Origin: Eledone cirrhosa
Taxonomy: Eukaryota
Direction of reading: 5' to 3'
DNA: 64,000 nt
Assembly: GCA_964016885.1 (NCBI GenBank)
Contig: OZ024741.1
Span: forward strand, 124,806,001-124,870,000
Part shown: positions 25,130 to 37,695 of the stretch, piece by piece
Position numbering within the stretch: position 1 is the first letter of the stretch
Layout: every line of letters starts with the position of its first letter
The notes under the pieces: model-generated
Databases searched by the model: none
The model's input: only the letters and a program-made list of their open reading frames with translations
What the model was told of the DNA's origin: nothing
Position numbers and translations under genes: made by a program

Positions 25130-25490
25130 CAAGTGGATGCATTATAGCCAAATGCTTAATAAGTTCGACTTGCAATCATCAGACCCAGGTTCCGACACTA
25201 CTGCGTGATAGCTTGGGCGAATGTCATTTACCATTTTCTCAGATCAACACCCATGCCATTTGAGGGAAACTGAGTAGATGGAAACTGTTTCGAAGCCTGT
25301 CGTAGAGACTGTACCTGTAATTCAAATAGCCAGCACTGTACACACTAAGGCATGTTAAATAATCATAAGGATTACGTCATGAGCACACTTGTCTGTGGAA
25401 TATTCAGTCAGTTAGTTGTTAATATCATGAGCAGGCTGTTCCGTTAATCTAACAATTGGAACACTCATCGCGGAAACCGATGTAAGTACA
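25130..25490 (+). mobile_element. Diverged tRNA-derived SINE (family 2)
   Basis: Head remnant plus body motifs ACCTGTAATTCAA..CCAGC and GGAACACTCATCG, shared with 23990-24260 and 5340-5790. Confidence 0.55.
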
Positions 25491-25599
25491 TTATTGGTTT
25501 CTTTCCTTGAAGCTATGCGAAATCAAAATACTCCAGTTTAATTCATGAAGGTATTATTCACCGGAAAGACAGATAAAATAATATATACATCATGCGAGA

Positions 25600-25812
25600 G
25601 CGGTGGATTAGCAGTATCGGTAGAGAGTCGGACGCCATGTTTTGCAGCAAAGAGTTACGGCCCTTTATGATATGAGTTCAAATCCCGCCGAGGTTAACTT
25701 TTCCTTTTATCCTCACGGGGTCGATAAAATAAAGTACCAGTCACGCACTAGGGTCGATTTAATCGACTTTCCCCTCCCCCCAAAATCACTGGCCTTGTGC
25801 CTATATAAAAAA
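25600..25812 (+). mobile_element. tRNA-derived SINE (family 1)
   Basis: Full head-core-tail match to the other family 1 copies. Confidence 0.85.
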
Positions 25813-26075
25813 AACCAATATATACATCATGTTCTTCCATTTTGTTTAAAGTTATCTCTGAAAGACGAATGTGTTGAGTTCCATTTACATCTCTTAATTT
25901 ATTAGTCTTCTTAGATTTTCTGTTCTGTTTGACATTCACGTACTTTTTTAAAACCCTCTCCGTCTTCAATCTAATTTTATCACTTTAGAAGAGAATATAT
26001 GTTTGATAAACTCTGTTATACTGGAAAAAATTAATTAATTCATTAGTATGGCGAACGTTACTCTTTTCACCTGTC

Positions 26076-26149
<74 letters not shown>

Positions 26150-26569
26150 ATATATATATATTATTCCAATGTTCTTCTGATTCTATGTATATAATTGAAG
26201 ACTGTCTTCTCAATCAAATAAAATATTTCGTTTTATTTCCATTTGATTGGGATTATCTTTACAATCAAATGAACTATTGTCCTAGAAATGTTCATTTAAT
26301 TTTTTTTTTTTTGTATAATTAAATTTACAAAAGAGGTAGAATGAGTTGTAAAGTAAAAATTAAACATCAATTGCATCTAATCGGGAATTACAGCCAGTTT
26401 ATGGCATCATGAAATGAAACATTTTGATACACAAAAGTAGAGTAATTAGTCAAAAATGTTTTAATTGCTTCAATTAGACCAAATCGGCAATCACGTCTCC
26501 AAGTGGTTCGTTTGTACTTTAAAATGTTGATGTCATTTAAATCTAAACACACACATACGTGCGCACACA

Positions 26570-26606
<37 letters not shown>

Positions 26607-26927
26607 GCGCGCGCACACATACACACACGCACACACACTCACACACACACATGTATATATATATATATATATATATATCAAAGTTAATAAAAGATAAACG
26701 GAAATAACAAGGCAAACGACACAATACAACGAAGAGATATATTAGTTTAATGCTTGATATAGTAGGAAAACAGCCTTTAAGTTTTGCAGACTAGTTCTTC
26801 ATCAGAAGATACAATGAGAAATAAAAGATGTAATAGAAGGATAGAAACGAGAAGAGGAAGGAACAAAACGCTTTTTTGAGAAGAAGCACAAGTGGTATTC
26901 AATCATACATTGTGGAGAAATGTTGTC

Positions 26928-26989
<62 letters not shown>

Positions 26990-26992
<3 letters not shown>

Positions 26993-27322
26993 AGCAAGGT
27001 TAAATTCTATAACAATGATTTAAATAGAGCAGGTTACCGTGATAAAATTGAGTATATAGATAAAAATGAGTACAGCCCCCGTATAGAAATTAGCATACAA
27101 TTTATGACAATTCTAATAATGTTGATATCCAAAACCTAAGATATGGAGTCAGAACAAATCTGATTTCGAATCGATATAGCTCCTATAAAACCAATAGGAC
27201 CCATAAAAGAGTTCTATCCCGTTCTGTTTTGTGGTATAGTTCACAATTATCATTAGGAATCAAGAACTTAGCCCATTTTTTTTTTTAATACTCTTGTTAA
27301 ATGTTTTCCGAAAACCCATAAG
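26990..27322 (+). pseudogene. Penelope-like linker fragment, left part
   Basis: FYNNDLNRAGYRDKIEYIDKN matches YYNNALRNADHRDTIEYIDKN at about 3310. It ends LVKCFPKTHK and continues at 29854. Confidence 0.65.
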
Positions 27323-27699
27323 CTGACGGCCGTATGTAAGTAACAAACTTTCTGCCAAGCGGCTGGACCAAACTGCACCAAATTTGCACCATAGATGTAA
27401 CGTTTTCCAAGTAAGAAAATGAGGGTATTTGTGTCTACTGAATTTTGTTAAGGGATTAAAGACATTATTTAAATATTCACTTCTTTAAAATTTTCAAATG
27501 TCAACACTTCCGGTTATACGACATTCCTAACGTCTTCACGAACCAAAGTATCATCTTCCTGTTTTCTTTCGGTTGCAACGTTTTTCAAAATATTTACTTC
27601 TGCGTTCACAGATTGATTTTTTTTTGTTTCAGAAGATTCGTTTAGGGTGAAAGCAGCGTTTCTTTGCTTAAACTTTAATATGTTATTTTATAGAAAGAA

Positions 27700-27893
27700 A
27701 CGATCGACTTTCGTCAAATCGAACCGAGGGAACAATGTTTCCGTTGGTCTTTCCAATTGCTAATACTATCTATCGGTCGCAACTCCAGGTAGAAGGAGCG
27801 ACGTGACATAACGCACCACCTGGTCCAGGAATCGAACTCACAACCTTACGATTGCGAATCCAATTCTCTAACCACTCAGCCACACGCCTTCAC
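27700..27893 (-). mobile_element. tRNA-derived SINE (family 2)
   Basis: Minus head GGCGTGTGGCTGAGTGGTTAGAGAATTGGATTCGCAATCGTAAGGTTGTGAGTTCGATTCC with A and B boxes. A sister copy is at 63385-63578. Confidence 0.8.
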
Positions 27894-27928
27894 TTATATA
27901 TATATATTAAAATAACATATTAAAGTTT

Positions 27929-27965
<37 letters not shown>

Positions 27966-27975
27966 GTATGTATAT

Positions 27976-28077
<102 letters not shown>

Positions 28078-28078
28078 G

Positions 28079-28330
<252 letters not shown>

Positions 28331-28718
28331 TTAAAATAACATATTAAAGTTTAAGCAAACAAACGCTGCTTTCAGACTATACAAATCTATTGAAACTAAA
28401 AAAATCAATCTGTGAACGCAGAAGTAAATATTTTGAAAAACGTTGCAACCGAAAGAAAGCAGGAAGATGATACTTTGGTTCGTGAAGACTTTAGGAATGT
28501 CGTATAACCGGAAGTGTTGACATTTGAAAATATATAATTATATATTCGTGTTTAGATATGTTGGCATACACAAAAACAAAATATAAACAAACGTATTTAT
28601 TTCACGAAAGCACAGACGGCTTATCGTCATTGTTACTGCCGATATGCCACCCAAAAAGTCCTAGCCTGGCCGCAAGATCAGATTTTCCATAAGAAAAAAT
28701 GTTACTAGAGCAACAGAG

Positions 28719-28903
28719 AGACTAAGCTTCGCGATTACCATCAACAAAGCTCAGGATCAAACCCTAAAAGTGGCTGGCCTTCATTTGGGAAAACCATGGA
28801 CAATGTGGGATGCTCTAGAGTGAGCTCGCCAAACTATCTCTTCATCTTTGCTCCCGAGGGCCGAACAAAAAATATGGTATACTCTGAGGCTCTAACAATG
28901 TGA
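28719..28903 (+). pseudogene. Helitron RepHel Pif1-helicase C-terminal fragment
   Basis: RLSFAITINKAQDQTLKVAGLHLGKP / HGQ / VGCSRVSSPNYLFIFAPEGRTKNMVYSEAL, matching Pif1-type motifs V-VI with small deletions. Confidence 0.85.
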
Positions 28904-29680
28904 TTTATGTATTTTCTGTTATTTGGAATTTCCATTATGGTTGTACAAATTATTGTAAAGTTTGTTAAAAAATGTGTTCTCTGTTCAACATTTATTGTTG
29001 TAATTATCAATTTTCTTTAAATACTGCCTGAGAAAAGAAACCTACAATGAAAGAACATCTTAATGTTTACCCAATCCAAATGTATTTATTAACATTTCTA
29101 TCTGCAGGTTCTTAGCAAGCTTACTGGCGCTTTAGTATGGTATTCAATTCTCATATCGTTTTTGATTGATACGGTGCAGCTATTCATATGTTTTAAACAT
29201 TAAATAACGATTGCTGATGTATATTGTACGACAGAATTAGCTGAAAAATATTTTGAATGAACAAATAAAAGAGATATAAAAGAGAGATATTTGTTGGTTG
29301 GTTCCTTCCCTTATCACACGAAAAAAACGAAAAGTGACAATCGGAAAGTATGTACAGGATTGGGATAAGAGTATATCCAGGAAAGTTTATTGATACTAAT
29401 TTTATAACACCAAAGAAGAAGAAAGGCATACCACGTATGCTAACCAACCTGACTGCTATTTCTAACAGGTTGAGAATCAACCATAAGGGATTCTCTCTGC
29501 GATTTCGTTGTCAGTGATGATCGTGTTTCGTGGCCTATGTCTCCGATTCCAATGGTGGTTTATACACACGTACACACATGAACACTCAAACAGGCACACA
29601 CACACATATATATAAACACACACACACCCATATATATACACACACACATACACGAACACTCACACATACACACACACATA

Positions 29681-29719
<39 letters not shown>

Positions 29720-29853
29720 CACACAAACATACACACACACACAATACACACACACACTCTAAACAAGACAATGCATTTAATACGGACGTTTTCTCTTCTG
29801 CCAGTCTTCTCTTATCATGTGTTAACCTTGGCGAAGCAGGGTACCTCAGCTAG

Positions 29854-30140
29854 TATAGTATAATATTTAACCGACACACAAACTTTCTTACTTGACTACT
29901 AAAAATATTGCCCAAAATATAGCTACAATTAAGAATAAAAACATCGGAACTAGGGAGTTAACACATAATAGTAATTTTGGAATCACTAATGGAATTAACA
30001 ACATTACAATTAACAACGATCACACAAGCAACATAGACGATGAAAACCTAACGACTTACAGACACAGAGTGGTATATTTGAACAGTAACGTAAGTAATTG
30101 TAATTGTAAAGAAAGTAATTTTTGTCGGTTAAAAGAATTA
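29854..30140 (+). pseudogene. Penelope-like linker fragment, right part
   Basis: YSIIFNRHT / LSYLTTKNIAQNI ... CNCKESNFC (CxCx5C motif). Confidence 0.65.
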
Positions 30141-30552
30141 AAACGAAGGTAAGTCTTAAAACAGTTAAAACAAAGGTAAGTTAATGGGGAAAAAATTAAA
30201 TAAGTAAATCTTCTCTATCTAATTTTTAAGCGATTTTATTATGTTTACATAGAAAATAAAGACGAATAGACAAAATAAGTAAACCGATATATTTTTCCAT
30301 TATAACTTTTTCAACTATCTATCTTTAGTTAGTATATAAGTAAATTAAATTTAATATATATTAACTAGGCTATAATACATACATCTTTTCTTATAATAAT
30401 AGTTACACAAAGAGTTAATATTTTCCTTTATAATACCTACTTGAATATAATTGTTGAAAGGATAAATTAGGCCACGGTAATTGCATCTCTTCCTTCAAAC
30501 TAGTTAATTTATCTCATAGCATTATAACCATATCAGTTATATAAAAAAAAAG

Positions 30553-31330
30553 CTAGTGCAGCCTGGCCTGGCCTCAGACAGGCTCACGCGGCAGCTCGAC
30601 CAGCACCGCCTTGCCTGTTTTCGTGAGGCCTCCAAACCCCAGAGAGGTGCCTGGCTCCATGCCCTGTCCTCCTTCTCCACTGGCACGCAGCTGAATAACG
30701 ATAGCTTGCGAATCGGCGTTTCATTTGGGCATGGCCACCGGCTCTGCGAGCCACATAATTCGGCCTCCACCCGCTTTCCTGTCGCTATATTGCCGGCCGC
30801 ATACCACTCCATGCTGCCCTCAACGAGGTCATAAAGCATGGCTTGGACGCTACAGGCTTCCCCTCCCAGCTCGAGCCGGTGGGAATGGACCGAGGGGACG
30901 GCAAAAGGCCAGACGGTATGACCATCTTCCCGTTCCGCGGTGACAAGACTCTCGTCTGGGATGCCACTTGCAGCTCACATTCTCCAGCCGTGACCTGGTG
31001 CAGTCTACGACTAACTCAGGTTCTGCTGCACGTCGGGCTGAGGAGACAAAACTCTCCAAGTATCGATCGCTCTCCGACAGGTTTGCGGTCATATTCTTGG
31101 CAGTGGAGACTTCTGGTGTCCTTGTCCCTAGGGCTACCTCCCTACTCACCACCATAGGCGCTGAGATGGCCAACCGCAGGTATGAGCCTCGCGAGTTGGA
31201 ATGGCTCTTAAAGCGCATCTTCCTTACTGTTCGCCGGGGCTGTATGGAGGCCAGCACGTGGGACCCCATTTTCTCACCATACGGAGAGATGGGGAGAGCG
31301 AGAGAGATGGAGGCGATGACAGTGGGAGTA
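30553..31330 (+). pseudogene. CRE-like non-LTR retrotransposon 3' fragment (restriction-like endonuclease)
   Basis: GC-rich island with frameshifted GAWLHAL..GTQLNNDSLRIGV, LEPVGMDRGDGKRPDGMTIFPF..LVWDATC and AEETKLSKY..LAVETSG (PD..D/K type). Confidence 0.75.
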
Positions 31331-31607
31331 GGAGTTGGGCTGTTCTTTCATGTTTACTTAGGTTACTATTTTCTAATGTATATTGTTAGCAAGTCATAAT
31401 CTAATTATAGTTTTCAGATAACAATAAGGAAGCCATACCAATTGGTAAATAGCTTCCGCTCGTATACTACCAATTTAAATTATACATAAACACGGATAAT
31501 TTACCTTTAAATTTGATAATTCTAATTTTTCCTCTTTATTTAGTTTCAATATGATTCTTGCATCGTAAAATATTTTTCTTTGGTATAAAAAATATATATA
31601 TATATAG

Positions 31608-31659
<52 letters not shown>

Positions 31660-31750
31660 CGAAGGAAATGTGGTAAGGAACCAGGTGGACCATAACGCAC
31701 CAAAGTACTCAATACTTGAGGTAGTAGAGTGGGTAATAGGAACCAGTAAG

Positions 31751-31844
31751 ACCCCGACAGCTGAGCTCAAGCCGTTTCGACGGCTAATTCTGGACTAAAT
31801 GAAAATTTATCCTGGTATTTAAATAGCCTATCTTCTCAAGGGGT
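31751..31844 (-). ncRNA. Type I hammerhead ribozyme, U3-A8 core (family A)
   Basis: Inverted copy of 34827-34920. Confidence 0.7.
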
Positions 31845-33027
31845 AATTCCATATATGGTCAAAGTGATTGTCAAAAATCAGTAGTAATTCTGTGGTTGCA
31901 AATTAGTAGGGGAGATGGTGGCTAAACCTGCCAGTAGGAGAAAGAGGGGAGGTGGTGGAGTAGACCCAATCAAGCGTTGGTAGTGCCAGCTACAGCTGGG
32001 CATGAGGTCAAAGAAGATACAGGGGAGGGGGAGGGGGAGGAAGTCGGAACGGTAGGTAGAACAATGGGGGTTAGAAATATATAGGAAAGAAAAAATACTG
32101 AAGTGAAGAAAAGCAAATAAGTGTAAAGAAAAAAGTAAAGTAAATTAAATTCTACGACCTAGGTCTCAGGCTATTGTTAGGCTAGAATAAAATAAAGAAA
32201 GGAAGAAAGAAGTAAAGAAATAAATAAATAAAGAAATAACGAAATAAGTAAAAGAACTAGGTGGGACGGTATAGGCAAGGACCCTTTTAAGAGGTATAAG
32301 TACGTAAATGATACGGTGACGGGTCAACAAAAGGGGCCAAAATACTAAAGAGACTACCACGAAATAAACAATAAAGGTTTCCATCCCGGGCCAGCAACGA
32401 CCCAGTGCAGCAAAGTGAACTTGTACGAGATAATAATTCTGAGTCCCGAGAAAAATATATACTAATGCTAACTCTAAAAGATCTAAAACAAGCTACATGA
32501 AAGTTCGTACGAAATAAAGGTAGAATACGGAGAAATAAATTCAGAATCCACCCCGCCCAGAAGAAAAGCGAAGCAAGAAATACTGAAACGAAAAAATAAG
32601 GCATAAGTGCCACTAAGAAATATAGAGGGCACAGAGAATAGTGGGAGCGGTCGGAAAAAGGGGGCAAGTATCCGGGGTCTAAGCCAACTGCTATAAAGGG
32701 CGGAGTCCGCCAAATCTATCATAGACTAGGGGAGGGGTGGTGGGGGTACTACGGCTACATGGGGCCAAAGAGCAGCCTCGGGTGGGCGAGAAAAGACGCC
32801 GACAAAGGAGAAGAGCTGGGGTAGAAGGACAAAGGAGAGAGGGGGGAAGGAAATAAAGGAAGCGATAAAAGAATACAAAGACGATCTTACGTCTTCCTTG
32901 GCAAGCAGGGGTTACCCATTGCAAAATCGGCAAGTGGGGTGTTATAGCCCTAGTCTAACCCCCCCCCCCCGGGTCATTATGGGGTTTGAGGGCGAGGTAA
33001 GTCCTACGCAATCTATGTTTACATGCA

Positions 33028-33728
33028 ATGTAACATGGTTCAATCCTCCCCACAACGCAGAGGCGACTACTCCCATCGGGAAACTATTCTTTAGGCTCAT
33101 TGAAAAACACTTCCCATTACAACACCGCTACCACAACATAATTAACAAAAATACCATCAAACTCTCTTACAGCACTACACCAAACTTCGCACAAAACATC
33201 GTCTCCTCTAACAACAAAAAACTCAACCCCGATGGCAGAAATAACCTAAATAGCAGTGGAGAACCGACCAGGAGGTGTAACTGCCCGGATAGATCTATTT
33301 GCCCACTCGACAATAGATGCAGAGACCGTAATGTGATCTACCAGTGCAACGTGAGGACGGATACCTCCAACACAGCCTATATAGGACTTACCGCATGTGA
33401 CTTCAAGACCCGGCTATACCAACATAGACATACCTTCCGAAACCCCGCCCGGCGTCACGCCACTACACTTTCGGGCCACATATGGGACCTCAAGGACAAC
33501 AACATCACCTATGATCTCACTTGGAGATTACTGTCCAGAGCCAATTCTTACACGGGAGGACGCCGTCCGTGCAATTTATGCTCGGAGGAAACTTTACAAA
33601 TGCTGTTTTCGACGGACCAACTCCTAAACAAGAAAGATGAACTGGTTACTGCATGTAAACATAGATTGCGTAGGACTTACCTCGCCCTCAAACCCCATAA
33701 TGACCCGGGGGGTAGACTAGGGCTATAA
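33028..33728 (+). CDS. Penelope-like linker plus GIY-YIG endonuclease (5'-truncated, open frame)
   Basis: VTWFNPP, KHFP, CNCPDRSIC (CxCx5C), VIY...YIG, FKTRLYQH, LTWR, CNLC, SEE, LNKK and ACKH. The first ~43 codons of ORF 32898..33728 come from the inverted arm. Confidence 0.88.
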
Positions 33729-34826
33729 CACCCCACTTGCCGATTTTGCAATGGGTAAACCCTGCTTGCCAAGGAAGACGTAAGATCTTCTTTGTATTCT
33801 TTTATCGCTTCCTTTATTTCCTTCCCCCCTCTCTCCTTTGTCCTTCTACCCCAGCTCTTCTCCTTTGTCGGCGTCTTTTCTCGCCCACCCGAGGCTGCTC
33901 TTTGGCGCCATGTAGCCGTAGTACCCCCACCACCCCCTCCCCTAGTCTATGATAGATTTGGCGGACTCCGCCCTTTATAGCAGTTGGCTTAGACCCCGGA
34001 TACTTGCCCCCTTTTTCCGACCGCTCCCACTATTCTCTGTGCCCTCTATATTTCTTAGTGGCACTTATGCCTTATTTTTTCGTTTCAGTATTTCTTGCTT
34101 CGCTTTTCTTCTGGGCGGGGTGGATTCTGAATTTATTTCTCCGTATTCTACCTTTATTTCGTACGAACTTTCATGTAGCTTGTTTTAGATCTTTTAGAGT
34201 TAGCATTAGTATATATTTTTCTCAGGACTCAGAATTATTATCTCGTACAAGTTCACTTTGCTGCACTGGGTCGTTGCTGGCCCGGGATGGAAACCTTTAT
34301 TGTTTATTTCGTGGTAGTCTCTTTAGTATTTTGGCCCCTTTTGTTGACCCGTCACCGTATCATTTACGTACTTATACCTCTTAAAAGGGTCCTTGCCTAT
34401 ACCGTCCCACCTAGTTCTTTTACTTATTTCGTTATTTCTTTATTTATTTATTTCTTCACTTCTTTCTTCCTTTCTTTATTTTATTCTAGCCTAACAATAG
34501 CCTGAGACCTAGGTCGTAGAATTTAATTTACTTTACTTTTTTCTTTACACTTATTTGCTTTTCTTCACTTCAGTATTTTTTCTTTCCTATATATTTCTAA
34601 CCCCCATTGTTCTACCTACCGTTCCGACTTCCTCCCCCTCCCCCTCCCCTGAATCTTCTTTGACCTCATGCCCAGCTGTAGCTGGCACTACCAACGCTTG
34701 ATTGGGTCTACTCCACCCCCTCCCCTCTTTCTCCTACTGGCAGGTTTAGCCACCATCTCCCCTACTAATTTGCAACCACAGAATTACTACTGATTTTTGA
34801 CAATCACTTTGACCATATATGGAATT

Positions 34827-34920
34827 ACCCCTTGAGAAGATCGGCTATTTAAATACCAGGATAAATTTTCATTTAGTCCAGAATCAGCCGTCGAAACGGC
34901 TTGAGCTCAGCTGTCGGGGT
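34827..34920 (+). ncRNA. Type I hammerhead ribozyme, U3-A8 core, long stems II and III (family A)
   Basis: ACCCC-UUGAGAA-GA u CGGCU...AGCCG UC-GAAA-CGGC uugagcuca GCUG-UC|GGGGU. Predicted cleavage is after C34915. Confidence 0.78.
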
Positions 34921-34952
34921 CTTACTGGTTCCTATATATATATATATATATA

Positions 34953-37675
34953 TTGAAAAATGGAACGGGATACATATATAAGTATTACGGTAAAACTAAT
35001 CGGTGCGTCATTAATGAAATCAACGATGCTGGGTTTAAAATCACCTCTGATCTCAACATCCTGGACCAGACTGTACCTCTGGACCCTATTTCTCCCCACT
35101 TTACCCTGAAGGATCACAAATCTAATTTTCCGAACAACCTTTCTATTCGGCTTATTAACCCTACGAAGTCCGATTTAGGTAGACTTAAAAGGATTCTTGA
35201 TAGAATTATACCTGAAATTAGAAGTTTGGCCCCTCTTGCACTGTGGAACAACTCTTTCGCGGTGATTGATTGGTTCAACGGCATATGCATCAAGGAACAT
35301 TGCCGTTTTATCCAAACCGACATCAATAATTACTACTCCTCCATCACTTTACCACTTCTCCTTAGAGCTATCAATTTCGCAAAAACACTCACAGTGGTTA
35401 AGGATTTCGAAGTTGATGTCATCCTCAATGCCTGTAAGTCGGTGATTAATTTCGACGACTCTATTTGGATTAAAAAATCTAATAGTACCCCCATTCGACG
35501 TGAGTATGGGCGCCAGCGATTCTGCGGAGCTTACTGATCTTATCGGCCTTTTCCTTCTTTTCTCTATCAAGGACGAATTCCCCAACGTGGGCGGTGGTTT
35601 GTACCGTGATGATGGTATTTTGACCATGACTAAGTGCGGCCCACGTGGTTGCGACAGGTTCAGAAAAGAACTCACAACCTTCTTTAAAGGCTTCAACCTC
35701 TCTATATAGGTTGAGGCCAACCTCTCGGTCGTTAATTACCTCGACGTTACCCTCAAGTTATCGAATGGCTTGTATTACCCGTATAAAAAGCTGAATGATA
35801 CCCTTAATTACATAAGTAAGCATTCTAAACATCCTGCCAGCATAACTAAGAACCTGGTAAGAAACGTTTCTTTGAGGCTTTCCAGTCTATCTACAAACGA
35901 GGATATTTTCACCGACCATTCCACATATTACAATGAAGCTCTTGTTCGGAGTGGATTTGTCGACAGAGTACGAGAATAGACCTAGGAAAAATAGATCCCG
36001 ACGCATTATATGGTATAACCCACCATATAATATGGAGGTGGCCACACCATTAGCTAAGATCTTTCTATCCCTTATTACGAAGCATTTTCCCCCTACACAT
36101 AAATATAGTAAAATTTTTAATAGAAATGCTATTAAAATTTCTTACTCTACGACTCCTAACCTTGCACATAATATCACAGCTTCAAATTTAGCTAAACTAC
36201 CTAATCGTAGGAACACATGCAACCCTGTAGTTAGTACTAACTGTAATTGTAGGAATCGGGTTGACTGCCCCCTATCCGGGAAATGCCTCTCTAGTAACAT
36301 TGTCTACAAATGTAAGGTTGAAAGCCCCACGTCCCGTAGGGCCTACATAGGGTTAACCACCAATAGATTCAAGCAGCGTCTTTACATGCATACACATACT
36401 TTTCGTTACCCTATAAGAAGGAATATGACGTCACTTTCAGCTTATATCGGAGTATCAAAGACAACCACACCCAATATAAGTTATACTGGGAGGTCCTAGC
36501 TAGGGCTAGATCGTGTAACGGAAATAAAAGACTATGTGACCTCTGCGCCGATGAGGCGCTGGAAATACTCTACGCCACAGACCACATTTTAAACAAAAAA
36601 TCTGAGGTAATTTCGGCTTCTAAACATAAATTGCACAAAACTTTCCTGTATTACAGCCCCACATTATACCCTAACGGATAGTACGATCTATACGCGGATA
36701 TTTTACGTCTTGATGTGGTAGCTAAGTATATATTATGTTTATATCATTACTTATTTGCATAGGTAAGTATATATTACCTGTATGTTTTGTGCAGGTATGT
36801 ATACTTTCTCGTACGTATTAGTGATTGTATATGTTATGGCGTATATTTTATATATTCTGGTACATATGCTTTTGGTTATGTGTATACGTGAGTTTTGTGT
36901 CTGTGTGAGTATGCGGGTTCGTACGTATGTAGGGTGTGTGTATACATGTACTTCGTGTTTTGGTTGACGTACGTCTCCGAACATATGTGTATTTACATGT
37001 AGGTATGTGTGCGCGCTTGTTATATACGTATTTATTTATTTATATACGTTTATTTAATTATTTGTATACATGCACACACACACAAACACACACATATTTA
37101 TATGTGCGCGCAGTTGTATACCTATGGCCAGTGTTTCCGTGTATGCTTGTGTATGTACGTATATGGATGTATTTATTTAATTTCAATTACCTCTCTATTT
37201 TATTTACTTTATTCTTAACTCTGAAGTCGAGAATCATTCGGTTTCCTAGTTAGAATTTTAGTCTACGACTTCAGTTATACCATTTACGTGGTTTTGTCTT
37301 TGCGTGCAATTGTTCTCCACGTTCCACATATGATGTATTATCTTCGTTTTTTCCGTTCTTTGCCAGAGAACGTCTCTATGAACCACCAAAGAGAATATTA
37401 GTCTACGACTTCTTTCATACCATAAACGTGGTTTTGTCTTTGCGTATAATTATTTTTCACCGCTCCAAATAATGACGTATTATATTCGTTTTTTCCCGTT
37501 ATTTGCCAGGGAACGTTTCCACGAACCAAAGTATCGTCTTCCTGTCTTCCTCCGGTTGCAACGTTTTTTGAAATATTCACTTCCGCGTTCACAGATTGAT
37601 TTTGTTAGTTTCAGAAGATCCCGTTAAGGGTCAAAGCAGCGATTCTTTGCTTAAACTTTAATTTGTTATTTTAAT
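34953..37675 (+). mobile_element. Nearly complete degenerate Penelope-like element: RT + GIY-YIG (34953-~36683) and probable 3' region ending in the family F terminus
   Basis: TLKDHKSNF..IRLINPTKSDLG, FIQTDINNYYSSI, SMGASDSAELTDLIG, LYRDDG, NYLDVTL, RRIIWYNPPY, CNCRNRVDC, IVY..YIG, CDLC and LNKKSE. Several frameshifts or stops. Bounded by (TA)n. Confidence 0.88.
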
Positions 37676-37695
37676 ATATATATATATATATATAT

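Larger units (their letters stand above)
31658..34934 (+). mobile_element. 5'-truncated Penelope-like element with inverted upstream pLTR (3.3 kb foldback, family A) in (TA)n
   Basis: 31738-33027 is a near-identical reverse complement of 33650-34934. The loop encodes GIY-YIG, each arm has an HHR, and the left arm has an extra ~80 bp tail. Confidence 0.92.

Noticed and set aside
26770-26812. Minus-strand CUGAUGA-AGA..UCU-GCAAA hammerhead-like motif
   Set aside because: The GAAA strand, stem III and stem I are not convincingly formed.
32166-32933. Mirror-image ORFs in the two arms (also 33737-34505, 53702/54926)
   Set aside because: They are chance frames in inverted non-coding pLTR sequence, and their duplication reflects the foldback.
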